Shown here in pieces: positions 48,908 through 58,469 of a DNA stretch of 64,000 nt. The stretch is from an uncultured Muribaculaceae bacterium (GTDB lineage: Bacteria; Bacteroidota; Bacteroidia; Bacteroidales; Muribaculaceae), in assembly GCA_910584055.1 (NCBI GenBank), contig CAJTZS010000002.1, forward strand, positions 12,343-76,342. Direction: 5' to 3'. The position numbers and the translations under genes were made by a program. Positions within the stretch are counted from its first letter, which is position 1. Every line of letters begins with the position of its first letter. The notes beneath the pieces were generated by a model that did not search any database, was not told where the DNA came from, and saw nothing but the letters and a program-made list of their open reading frames with translations.

Positions 48908-51085
48908 TTATTCCAATTCTATTGTCCCCCCGGCGATTATGTCTTCATGACGTATTCGCGGTGCCGAATACCTTTTCCCTTTAGTGATAATGAATTCCTT
49001 ACCGCCTCGTGGCTTTATGGTTATTCTATCAAACAGCGGACTACCTACATAATATTCCGGTATGGATGGCGCCACGGGATAGAAGCCCATAGCGGAGAAA
49101 ACGAACCATGCCGACATCTGCCCGGCATCATCATTGCCGGAAAGTCCTCCGGGAACATTCAGATATTCAGTGTCGAGGATGTGTCTCACCCAACGGCGAG
49201 TCTTTTCCGGACTGCCAAGGTCGTTGAAAAGATAGACCACCTGATGACAAGGTTCGTTGCCATGCCAGTAACGGCACTCGATGAACATTGAATCCAACTT
49301 CGCCTCAGCCTTTTTCTTCCCTCCCAACACATCGAACAAACCTTCCGGGTCATGGGGGACATACCACGTGTAATGACACGGAGCACCTTCCGTGATTGCA
49401 GGATTGAAAGTGAAAGGATCCGTACCCTTTACGAACCTTCCGTCGGCATGACGCCCGTTGGCATATCCGAGGTCGGGGTCAATGACATTTCGCCAGTTTT
49501 GCGAACGCCTCAACAACTCCCCTTCATCCTTTTTCTCCCCTAAAAGCGAAGCGATGCGGGAAAGGGCGAAATCATCGAACGCATATTCGAGAGTGCGCGA
49601 GGTCTGTTCCCTCTGATGGAAAGCCTCTTTTACGCCATCCTCGACAGGTATATACCCATAATGCAGATAACTTTTCAATCCCCGACGTCCCTTTCCGTCG
49701 GTATATTCTTTCCAGGTCGAGGGAGAGTCGAAGGCATTCTTTCTCAGCAAGCGGTATGCCGTCTTGAGATCGAAATTATCAACTCCCTTCACGGCGGCGT
49801 CGGCAATCGCCACAGCGCAATGGTCGCCTATCATCGCAGCAGTATAACTCCCCCAACAAGGGAAAATAGGCATCCACCCCCCTTGTTCCCCTTTAAGGAC
49901 AAGGCTCTGCATCATCTCCCCGCTGAGCTTCAGGTCAATAAGGGTGAGCAACGGATGCAAAGCCCGGTAAGTATCCCACATGCTGAAATCGTCATAATAT
50001 TCACCTGCATCCATTTTCATTGTCCGGTTTCCATTGGCGAAACAGGGGTATGAACCATCCACGTCACTTACCACACGAGGCAGAAGCGAGCAGCGATAAA
50101 GGGAGCCATAGAATTTGGCGCGGTCTTCCACCTTCCCCCCTTCCACCTTGATACGCGAAAGGCGGTCATTCCATCGTCCGGCGGATTCTTCACGCACTTG
50201 ATTGAAATCCCATCCCGGAATTTCAGCCTCAAGATTGGCAGTTGCCCCCTGCATTGAGGTGAATGAACTTCCCGCCTTGAAAATCAGCGGCAGGTCTTTA
50301 TGAGTTTTAAATGATACGTAAGCCCCTATCCCCTTTTCATTTTTTATTGAGCTTTTACCTGAATAAAGAGTATCGTTACGGAAAACACCAGAATCAATTA
50401 TCTCGAGACCTTCCGGCAGACGCACCACGAACCAACCGGCAAAACCTGCCGGTTCGCCCCATCCTTGATATATGCGGTGAACCGGATTGTTGCCTCGTAT
50501 CTCGCGCCTCTCCATATCGATTTCTATGCTTCCCTCACCCTCATCCGAGTTGGGATTCACCACAAGATGTCCGATACCCTCTTTATCGTATGTGAACCTG
50601 AATATCCCGGCCCGCGAAAGTCCTGCCATCTCTGCCTTCACCCCCTCATCCGGAAGATGCACGGAATAATAGTCGGGACGGGAGATCTCGGAATTTCGGT
50701 CAATACGTGTAGCCCGCGTTTCAGGGGAAGTCCGCAAGTTATTCCCCATAGCGTGAAGGGTCATTGAGCCGTAATCCTGCGTGCAACCGCCAACAATCCA
50801 GTGGCTGTTGCGGAAACCCTGCAATTTAGAGTCGGAATAATAATATGGCGCGATGCATTTCTGCTCGGTGTCGCGCGTCTGGGGAGTCCAAAGATTCATC
50901 CCGTGGGGCACTCCGACAGCAGGCAGCGTCTGTCCGTGCTCCTCGCTCCCCTTGCCGAACAAACCTGCAGTCCTCGTGACAGCTGCATCCGTTCCCACCC
51001 GCGTATCCACCAAATCCAACGGCCGTTCCGCATTCATTCCGGAAGCGAGACAAAGCCATATCAATGGCAAAAACGTTTTTTTCAT
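48908..51085 (-). CDS. GH92 alpha-mannosidase
   Basis: PHGMNLWTPQT, SMWDTYRALHPL, SRTLEY, WHGNEP, GNDDAGQMSAW. Confidence 0.93.
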   Translation of the reverse strand: MKKTFLPLIWLCLASGMNAERPLDLVDTRVGTDAAVTRTAGLFGKGSEEHGQTLPAVGVPHGMNLWTPQTRDTEQKCIAPYYYSDSKLQGFRNSHWIVGGCTQDYGSMTLHAMGNNLRTSPETRATRIDRNSEISRPDYYSVHLPDEGVKAEMAGLSRAGIFRFTYDKEGIGHLVVNPNSDEGEGSIEIDMERREIRGNNPVHRIYQGWGEPAGFAGWFVVRLPEGLEIIDSGVFRNDTLYSGKSSIKNEKGIGAYVSFKTHKDLPLIFKAGSSFTSMQGATANLEAEIPGWDFNQVREESAGRWNDRLSRIKVEGGKVEDRAKFYGSLYRCSLLPRVVSDVDGSYPCFANGNRTMKMDAGEYYDDFSMWDTYRALHPLLTLIDLKLSGEMMQSLVLKGEQGGWMPIFPCWGSYTAAMIGDHCAVAIADAAVKGVDNFDLKTAYRLLRKNAFDSPSTWKEYTDGKGRRGLKSYLHYGYIPVEDGVKEAFHQREQTSRTLEYAFDDFALSRIASLLGEKKDEGELLRRSQNWRNVIDPDLGYANGRHADGRFVKGTDPFTFNPAITEGAPCHYTWYVPHDPEGLFDVLGGKKKAEAKLDSMFIECRYWHGNEPCHQVVYLFNDLGSPEKTRRWVRHILDTEYLNVPGGLSGNDDAGQMSAWFVFSAMGFYPVAPSIPEYYVGSPLFDRITIKPRGGKEFIITKGKRYSAPRIRHEDIIAGGTIELE

Positions 51086-51105
51086 AATTTGATTCCGGAA
51101 CGTTT

Positions 51106-53835
51106 CTATTTGACGATTTTACGGGTAACTACGAAGCCGTCTGAATAATAGGTCCGGACAATAGTGACTCCTGAATCCGCAGGCTCCGACAGACGGGTAC
51201 CCTGTGGGGAATAGTATTCAACGGCAACAATTGATGAAGACGTTAAGATCTCCCCTACACCGGATCCGTCCAATGCAATTCCCGCAATATCAGAAGCAGA
51301 CAGTGCATAGTTGTAAACACGCAAATCGCTTATTAAACCTGAAAAATAATTATTAGTCGCCTTCTGTCCGCGTCCAATATAATTGAGCAGCCGTTCCGTC
51401 GGGATATATCCATCAAGTCCGCTTCCGACCGCTTTGCCGTCTACATAAAGGGAGGCATGGCCATCTTCAACAGTTACCGCTATATGCACTCGGGTCCGGA
51501 AAGGTGCTTCAGTGGTGGAAATAACGTCATTACCTCTTGCATTCGAGGCTGCCAGCGTGATAGAGCCGCCATTGGAAAGGCTCAGCTCCATGCAGTCATC
51601 TTCGCCTACACCGGTTGAAAAAAGGATAAGTCCGTCTACGGCGGAACTGCGCAATGCCCTCATCATTACCGTAAAGTTTTCATGACACAGCAATGAATAA
51701 GGCAGCTGGTAATATTTTCCACGTGTATTCAGTGAATTACTAATGAAAGAAACATCGGAATCTGTTTTCATCGAAAATCGGTTGCCGGAAGTATCGTTCA
51801 GATCTCCTGTCAATGGATAATTTGCCACAAGCTCTTTTCCACCGGCGACGTTCCCCGGAACGGAAGTCGATGTCGCGGAACGGTTGCCGGATGCATCCAT
51901 AGCAAACACTTTATAACGATAGGGCTTATTGTCTACAGAATTGTCAAGGAATGACGTGGATTCCAGATCACGTGCTATGGTAATATACTTGTCACTCCCC
52001 TCCTCTGCCCTGAGAATGGTATAAGTGACCTCACCGTCGTCTGCCACAGGCTTCCATTCAATCGTTACGGACGCGGAACCGGAAAGGGTTTTAAGACCTT
52101 CGGGAGCTAAGGGTGCATTAAACTCCAATGGAGCCTCGGAAGAAAGGAGACGCCATTTCTGAGACGGTTCGTCGGTTCTCTCTTTCTGCACCAGATGGCC
52201 ACCGGCCGCTCCGGATTCGTATTCAAGATAAAGACCGCTGTTACGCGAGCGGATATGGAACCAATTGTCGCCGTCGTATTCCAACGCCCATTGCTGCACG
52301 GCGTTTCCGCTGTGGCCATAAAGTCTCACGGGGGCTCCGACTTCGATGTTCCAGCCATAGTCGTCCATTGATTTGCCATCCTTGGTCCGTATGAAATAAT
52401 AACTGAAATCGCCTCCGTTGTCGTTGGGAACCGGCGTCACAGACCATAACTGATGTTCCGCTTTGGCGAAAGTTTCAGAAACAATATAGGAACCGTCACC
52501 GGTAGAGGCATTCTCCGCACTCGCCGCCTTATGGTCGGCAGCGTTGATCAATGCATACTCCCCGTTTATGTAGGGACGCACATCCTCACCGTTTTCTATT
52601 GTGATCATGGTCTCGGCGGTGCGCTGCTTGTCCGACTGATATGCGCCATTCGGGTCTCCGGGCAGATTTACCGTAAACTCCCTGACCGGACCGAAGCCGT
52701 CCATGAAAACATCACCGCTTAACGAAACGAACCGGTAACTTGACGGTTTGGCCTGACGCTCGGAACATCCTAAGAATCCCTGTATCTTTCCCGACGGAGA
52801 GCGATATACGGCACCCGCCGACCATGCATCGCGGTTTTCAGCATAGCTCAGACGCTCTCCGAAACTCGCTTTCATAAATTCGCCACGGCATTGTTCCGCC
52901 GTCCCCCACCATATGCCGGTCTGCATCCCGTATTCGACACCCACGATCGCCTCCATCACATTATGAAGTTCATCGGCAGTGGCGTGCTTGCCATCCTGAC
53001 GCACCTTGGCAAAAAAGGACGCATAGTTGTCAAAACTGCCGGCAAGCTGATGTGTATTCCCTTCGTCAAGAAACTCTTTGTTATATTCATACCACTTCAT
53101 CGCTTCGTCGTCATTGAGAGTATTCCCGCCGGATATGCGGATATCCCGGAAGCGTGGGTATTTGTCAAAATCTTTGAGATTCTTTGAAATCTCATAAAAC
53201 AGCTCTATCGGCGTGCCATTGATTTCCAGGTCAGGTTCGTTAAGTGGGGACGCGGTTATCACCTTGTATCCCTTTGCCTCAACCGCAGCAGCCGTGGCAT
53301 CAATGAGATCCGCCCATTTGGGACCCTGATCCACAACATTGCCTATGTATTCTTTCGGCGACCACCACGGATCGTCGGGATTCTCATATTTCCACCCTCC
53401 GTAAATCTCTTTTATCGTAGGATCCCCTCCGTCAAGATTAAGCACAATGTCCACTTTCTTGCCGATAATACCGACGGTTTCCATCCGCTTGTCAAGGTTT
53501 TTCTGCAGCATCTCAGGAAGCACCCCCTTTTCTGTTATCTCCGCCCATGGCTGGAACGACACGCGGGCGCAACTCACGGCATCCCGGCCGCAATGTCTCA
53601 CCCCCCTCAACATATTCCCGTAATCGTTCCAGGCCGTATCGAATCCCCATAAAATGGGAGTCTTTTTACCTGTGGAGAAAATATCAAAGACAAGAGACCT
53701 GTCGGCAAATGTCTCAAGCCTATATTTATCCCATGCCGACTGGATATCCACGGCTTTGGGCTGCGCTAAAATTTTTGGGACAGGGGAAATCGCCGCTGTC
53801 AAAAAGAGTGATACGAAGAAGAAATTTGATTTCAT
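51106..53835 (-). CDS. Multimodular secreted protein: putative clan GH-A catalytic domain + ricin/CBM13 + FN3 + LamG + T9SS CTD
   Basis: PLNEPD and ADELH motifs; QLW/QQW/QKW ricin repeats; APLAPEGL...YTILR...YRYKV FN3; ISDLRVYNYALS LamG; YYSPQGTRL...K tail. Confidence 0.75.
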   Translation of the reverse strand: MKSNFFFVSLFLTAAISPVPKILAQPKAVDIQSAWDKYRLETFADRSLVFDIFSTGKKTPILWGFDTAWNDYGNMLRGVRHCGRDAVSCARVSFQPWAEITEKGVLPEMLQKNLDKRMETVGIIGKKVDIVLNLDGGDPTIKEIYGGWKYENPDDPWWSPKEYIGNVVDQGPKWADLIDATAAAVEAKGYKVITASPLNEPDLEINGTPIELFYEISKNLKDFDKYPRFRDIRISGGNTLNDDEAMKWYEYNKEFLDEGNTHQLAGSFDNYASFFAKVRQDGKHATADELHNVMEAIVGVEYGMQTGIWWGTAEQCRGEFMKASFGERLSYAENRDAWSAGAVYRSPSGKIQGFLGCSERQAKPSSYRFVSLSGDVFMDGFGPVREFTVNLPGDPNGAYQSDKQRTAETMITIENGEDVRPYINGEYALINAADHKAASAENASTGDGSYIVSETFAKAEHQLWSVTPVPNDNGGDFSYYFIRTKDGKSMDDYGWNIEVGAPVRLYGHSGNAVQQWALEYDGDNWFHIRSRNSGLYLEYESGAAGGHLVQKERTDEPSQKWRLLSSEAPLEFNAPLAPEGLKTLSGSASVTIEWKPVADDGEVTYTILRAEEGSDKYITIARDLESTSFLDNSVDNKPYRYKVFAMDASGNRSATSTSVPGNVAGGKELVANYPLTGDLNDTSGNRFSMKTDSDVSFISNSLNTRGKYYQLPYSLLCHENFTVMMRALRSSAVDGLILFSTGVGEDDCMELSLSNGGSITLAASNARGNDVISTTEAPFRTRVHIAVTVEDGHASLYVDGKAVGSGLDGYIPTERLLNYIGRGQKATNNYFSGLISDLRVYNYALSASDIAGIALDGSGVGEILTSSSIVAVEYYSPQGTRLSEPADSGVTIVRTYYSDGFVVTRKIVK

Positions 53836-55223
53836 AAGGCTGGTGTTATTGTTGTGTCTTTACAATTTTTTAATTCGGCCGGGCCTCCGTAAAGAGGAAA
53901 TCCCGTGGCATTCACATGAAAATCGCGTATAGTTATTCCGTTTGCATTTTCCGCAAAGATTCCAAATGTCTTGCTCCTGACAAAGCCCTCACCCTCGCAG
54001 GGGCGGCGGTCATATACTCCTGTCGGGAAATAGGTTTGACGCTTAAGCGTAAGGTCGATATTGGAGAGCAGGATGTCAGAGACTTTTCCCGGAGTGTCGC
54101 AACCGATGAAAATACCGTTTTCAGAAGTAGAAGCAATGTTTATGAAACGTATATTCCTCACTTCCCCGCATTCCCCCTTGGTGGCGCCCTTGGGAAAACG
54201 CCATCCGGCATCTTTGTGGTTACCCCGTGCTCGCGGATAGGACGTAACATAGATAGGTTCCGACTTACCCCACCACACATCGGAGAAAAGCTTGCAGTCG
54301 ATAATCATATTGGAAAACGTCACATCCTCCACCGTGCCTTCGTCGCGGTTCTGGATTCCCACACCCCGGTTCGAATCCGTGATAATGCAGTTGTCGAAAA
54401 GCACGCGTGCGATACGGTCCATATTTTCCGAACCTATCTTGACGGCACAAGAGCGAGATGTCATGATGCAATTGGTGACCACGACATCCTCGCATGGACC
54501 ATATTCCTCAAATTCACGTCTGTTCTTAAGACAGATACAGTCGTCACCACTCTCTATGAAGCAATTGGAAATCCGGACTTTACGCGAATGGTCAATATCA
54601 ATTCCGTCTCCATTGCGCACCTTAAGGTTATTGAGCAAAGAGATGTCCGAAATCGCGACATCATAGCAGCCCACCAGATGCACGGTCCAATAAGCGGAGT
54701 TGGCAATCGTAACGTCAGAAATCTTTACATTCCTGGCGTTTGTCAACGTCAGCACATGAGGCCGGGGGTCAAAAGTTGTGACAGGCTTCAGCTCGAAAGA
54801 ATCATCAAGCTCCGCGCCCATGAAAGCCACCGCGTTCCCGTCAATCCTGCCTGTGCCTGAAATTGAGAAATTATGTATATCCTTACCGGAAAGCCACATC
54901 ATCCCCTCCCCCTCGTTAGCGCCGAACGCGCTCTCATGATATATGCTCTCATTAGGATTTGCAAGGAGTGTCGAATTCGGTTGCAGATGAATGTCAACGT
55001 TAGAACGCATATGCAGCGGGCCGGAGAGAAACGTTTTACCGGACGTAAAGACCACACGTCCTCCCCCAGAAGCATTGCAGGCATCGATTGCCTTCTGTAT
55101 TGCCACCGCATCGTCGGCAATCCCGTCACCCTTAGCTCCAAAGTCCACAACATTAAATTCCGTGGCGGAGATTCCGAAACTCAAAATCCAACCCAACAAT
55201 AATGATATTCCTAATCTTTTCAT
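53832..55223 (-). CDS. GH28 family glycoside hydrolase
   Basis: FNVVDFGAKGDG, AIQKAIDAC, NGDGID, GDDCICLK, KIGSE beta-helix motifs. Confidence 0.9.
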   Translation of the reverse strand: MKRLGISLLLGWILSFGISATEFNVVDFGAKGDGIADDAVAIQKAIDACNASGGGRVVFTSGKTFLSGPLHMRSNVDIHLQPNSTLLANPNESIYHESAFGANEGEGMMWLSGKDIHNFSISGTGRIDGNAVAFMGAELDDSFELKPVTTFDPRPHVLTLTNARNVKISDVTIANSAYWTVHLVGCYDVAISDISLLNNLKVRNGDGIDIDHSRKVRISNCFIESGDDCICLKNRREFEEYGPCEDVVVTNCIMTSRSCAVKIGSENMDRIARVLFDNCIITDSNRGVGIQNRDEGTVEDVTFSNMIIDCKLFSDVWWGKSEPIYVTSYPRARGNHKDAGWRFPKGATKGECGEVRNIRFINIASTSENGIFIGCDTPGKVSDILLSNIDLTLKRQTYFPTGVYDRRPCEGEGFVRSKTFGIFAENANGITIRDFHVNATGFPLYGGPAELKNCKDTTITPAL

Positions 55224-55281
55224 GATATTAACTTTGTGAATGTGATATTAACTTTGCGAGGATATTGCATTATTCTCAAAT

Positions 55282-55361
55282 GTAGGGATGCTCCCCGGAG
55301 CATCCGATGATGAATAACTGGTTATATGTCCGTTGGAGGATGCACCATGGTGCATCCCTAC
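55282..55361. repeat. GTAG-type REP doublet (REPIN-like)
   Basis: GTAG-GGATGCTCC-CC-GGAGCATCC (55282-55305) and inverted GGATGCACC-AT-GGTGCATCC-CTAC (55338-55361). Confidence 0.75.
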
Positions 55362-55580
55362 AATTTGAGACGCAATTATTCGTGTTCTGCAACACCCACC
55401 CACGTCAGACCAAAGCAGGTACAAATTTAGTTAAAATCCCCAACCCTTGCAAGTTGAGAATCAAAAAAGATATTCCACTGATAAGTAGTTGTATAAAAAT
55501 TGGAAATAACTAAAGAAGTTATTATCTTTGTTTAATTTAATTGGTATGTTATAAGGGATTATAAAACAACTTCACCAACC

Positions 55581-57860
55581 ATGAAGAGGTTTAAGTTATT
55601 TATCTGTGCGGCATTTTTATGCATTGCCGGACAGAACACAGTCGCTAACGCAGACAAAGAGGAAGAGCGGATCGTTGATTATGTAGATCCGAAAATTGGC
55701 TCGGAAGGTCTCGGCCGTGTCTTTATCGGTCCGTCGATGCCATACGGCATGGTGAAACCCTCACCGGACTGCACTCCGTCGCCCAACAGCGGATGGCTGC
55801 CGATGCCGGTACAGGTGAACGGCTTCTCACAAGTGCATGTAAGCGGAACCGGAGGGGGACCGAAATATGGCAATATTCTGATTCAGCCTTTCCTCGGGAA
55901 GCTCGATAATATAAATCATATCGATTACAGAGACAACGAGACAATAGCATTGGGTTATTATGCAACTACTTATAAAAATAGCGGAATATGCACAGAAATA
56001 ACCACAGCCGCCAAAGCTTCAGCCTACCGGATAACGTATCCCGGACAAGGCAATCCGGCCTTGATGATAGATGCCGGATTCTTCTTGGGTGAATCCCCTG
56101 TGCCCGACGCGCGCGAAGCCCAACAGTTTGTAGGTTCGCAGGTGCAGGTGATTTCCGACAGGGAGGTATGCGGCTATAGCCGTATACGCGGGGGATGGAA
56201 CAACGGACGCGCATATACCGTTTATTTCTACCTGAAAACGGACCTTCCGGCCGTAGAGACTGCAACTTGGAAAAACGGGAATATTTCAGATGCCATAAGT
56301 CAATACGATTCAGGAGAAAAGACAGGAGCCTTATTGCAATTCCCTTCAGATACCCGCACCTTGAATGTCAGAATCGGAATCTCTTTTATAAGCGAATTAA
56401 AGGCAAAGGAAAATCTTATTAACGAGACTAAAGGGAAATCTTTTGACGACATTCACAAATCGCTTCTCAACGAATGGGAAAAATTAATGCGCCGCATAGA
56501 AATTGATCCGCACACATCAGATAAATATAAAAGGATGTTCTATACAGGGATGTATCATACGATGCTCATGCCTTCAGACCGGAGCGGTGAGAATCCCCTT
56601 TGGACAGACCCGGTCCCCTATTACGATGATTTCTATGCCATATGGGACACTTACCGCACGTCCACACCCCTCATAACTCTTATAGATCCGCAACGGGAGC
56701 GGGATATTATAAACTCCCTCATAAACATATACAAACGTGACGGATATATGCCCGACGCTCGCAGCGGCAACGCCAACGGGCGCACGCAGGGAGGCTCGAA
56801 CGCAGAAATTGTATTGGCGGATGCATTTGTCAAGGGACTTGAAGGAATTGACTACCATCAGGCTCTCGAAGCAATGCTGAAAGATGCCACCGTTGACCCA
56901 GGAGGCAACCATGAAGCCGAAGGGCGCGGAGGGTTGAGAGACTATACTGAACTGGGATATATACCCCATGGAACCCCGCGGGCCGGAAACCGCACGGTGG
57001 AATATTCATATTGCGACTATGCGATCTATCAGGTGGCCAAAGGACTCGGCCATGAAGATTTAGCTGAAAAATACTTAAAACAGTCTCAAAACTGGAAGAA
57101 CCTCTGGAGAGACGACTATGAGCACGACGGCACCCGCGGCTTCATCATGCCCCGCGACAGGGACGGCAATTGGCTTGACTCAATCCCATTCGGACATTCC
57201 AAAACAAGGAAGCCCTCTTTCCGATACACTCCACTCACATTTGAAGGTCCGTGGTACACCCCTTGGTGGAATATGTTTTTTTATGAAGCGTCTTCATGGG
57301 AATATTCATTGAGCATCCCCCATGATGTCGAGGGTCTTATCGCAAAATGCGGAGGTGCCGGCAATTTCGAGAAACGTCTCGACAAATTCTTTGACAAGGG
57401 ATATTTCAATGTCAACAACGAGCCCTCCTTCCTCTCCCCCTGCCTGTATCACTGGATCGGAAAGCCGGAGCGCAGCGGAGAACGCATACACGAAATCATC
57501 GATGCAAATTACAACGACTCCCCGAAAGGACTCCCGGGAAACGACGATTCCGGTGCCATGTCATCATGGCTCGTGTTCCATATGATGGGGTTATATCCTA
57601 ACGCCGGCCAGGACTATTACCTAATCCATACCCCGTCGCTTCGAAAGACATCACTGAATCTTGCCAACGGCAAGAGATTTACCATAACAGCCGACAACCT
57701 GTCCGAAAAGAACATCTACATTCAATCCATCTCTTTGAATGGCAAGGATTACCCATATTCCGCCATACGTCATGCCGACATAATCAAAGGGGGCGAATTG
57801 AAACTCAAGATGGGTCCGCGCCCCGGTGAATGGGGCAAAAAAATGTTTGAAAAGCCATGA
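55581..57860 (+). CDS. GH92 alpha-mannosidase
   Basis: PYGMVKPSPD, GFSQVHVSGTGG, WDTYRT, TQGGSNA, RTVEY, NNEP, GNDDSGAMSSW. Confidence 0.93.
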   Translation: MKRFKLFICAAFLCIAGQNTVANADKEEERIVDYVDPKIGSEGLGRVFIGPSMPYGMVKPSPDCTPSPNSGWLPMPVQVNGFSQVHVSGTGGGPKYGNILIQPFLGKLDNINHIDYRDNETIALGYYATTYKNSGICTEITTAAKASAYRITYPGQGNPALMIDAGFFLGESPVPDAREAQQFVGSQVQVISDREVCGYSRIRGGWNNGRAYTVYFYLKTDLPAVETATWKNGNISDAISQYDSGEKTGALLQFPSDTRTLNVRIGISFISELKAKENLINETKGKSFDDIHKSLLNEWEKLMRRIEIDPHTSDKYKRMFYTGMYHTMLMPSDRSGENPLWTDPVPYYDDFYAIWDTYRTSTPLITLIDPQRERDIINSLINIYKRDGYMPDARSGNANGRTQGGSNAEIVLADAFVKGLEGIDYHQALEAMLKDATVDPGGNHEAEGRGGLRDYTELGYIPHGTPRAGNRTVEYSYCDYAIYQVAKGLGHEDLAEKYLKQSQNWKNLWRDDYEHDGTRGFIMPRDRDGNWLDSIPFGHSKTRKPSFRYTPLTFEGPWYTPWWNMFFYEASSWEYSLSIPHDVEGLIAKCGGAGNFEKRLDKFFDKGYFNVNNEPSFLSPCLYHWIGKPERSGERIHEIIDANYNDSPKGLPGNDDSGAMSSWLVFHMMGLYPNAGQDYYLIHTPSLRKTSLNLANGKRFTITADNLSEKNIYIQSISLNGKDYPYSAIRHADIIKGGELKLKMGPRPGEWGKKMFEKP

Positions 57861-57873
57861 TGTTTGAAAAGCT

Positions 57874-58437
57874 ATGAAAAGAATACTTCTAATCAAAAGA
57901 ATATTTTTAATCGCAAGTATGGTTTGCGCTTTTGTGTTTACGGGCTATGCCATGGAACCGACCGACACCCTTCAGTTCGTGTATAAGCTCCACGGTCAGA
58001 CACGCAGGTTCAAATTTAATTTTGAACCCGAAAACGACGGAGGCATAACCCTCCGATGGGGTATAGAACGCAACCTTAGATGGTGGGAAGGTACATACAG
58101 GATGACGCGTGAAGCCGTCGAGAGCGGCAACTCCCTAAGCTTCATGATGCCTGAAGATGGCAACCACCTGACACTGGCAAACAATGAAACCTTCGCCATG
58201 ATTTCCAGAGAGGCCTACCGCAGTCTTAAAAATACCGGCAGATTCCTCTATGACGGCGTGGAATATAAGATAGTAGAGTATAAGATAATGAACCCTGCAT
58301 TCGGAAAGCTCCTACACGTAATTGACACCGAAGGCGCAGAGCTTCACATCCTCGACAACGAGCAATATCCATTGATTTTAGAAATGACCAACAATCCCCT
58401 CGAAATCAACTGGAAAGCAGAAAAGGCGCGGCATTAA
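57874..58437 (+). CDS. Hypothetical exported protein
   Basis: Signal peptide (..TGYA-ME), 187 aa, co-oriented with GH92. Confidence 0.75.
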   Translation: MKRILLIKRIFLIASMVCAFVFTGYAMEPTDTLQFVYKLHGQTRRFKFNFEPENDGGITLRWGIERNLRWWEGTYRMTREAVESGNSLSFMMPEDGNHLTLANNETFAMISREAYRSLKNTGRFLYDGVEYKIVEYKIMNPAFGKLLHVIDTEGAELHILDNEQYPLILEMTNNPLEINWKAEKARH

Positions 58438-58447
58438 CCGCGCCTTT
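58422..58447. terminator. Hairpin overlapping the stop codon between convergent genes
   Basis: AAAGGCGCGG-CATTAA-CCGCGCCTTT. Confidence 0.75.
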
Positions 58448-58469
58448 CCTATGTTACATTCTGAAGATA

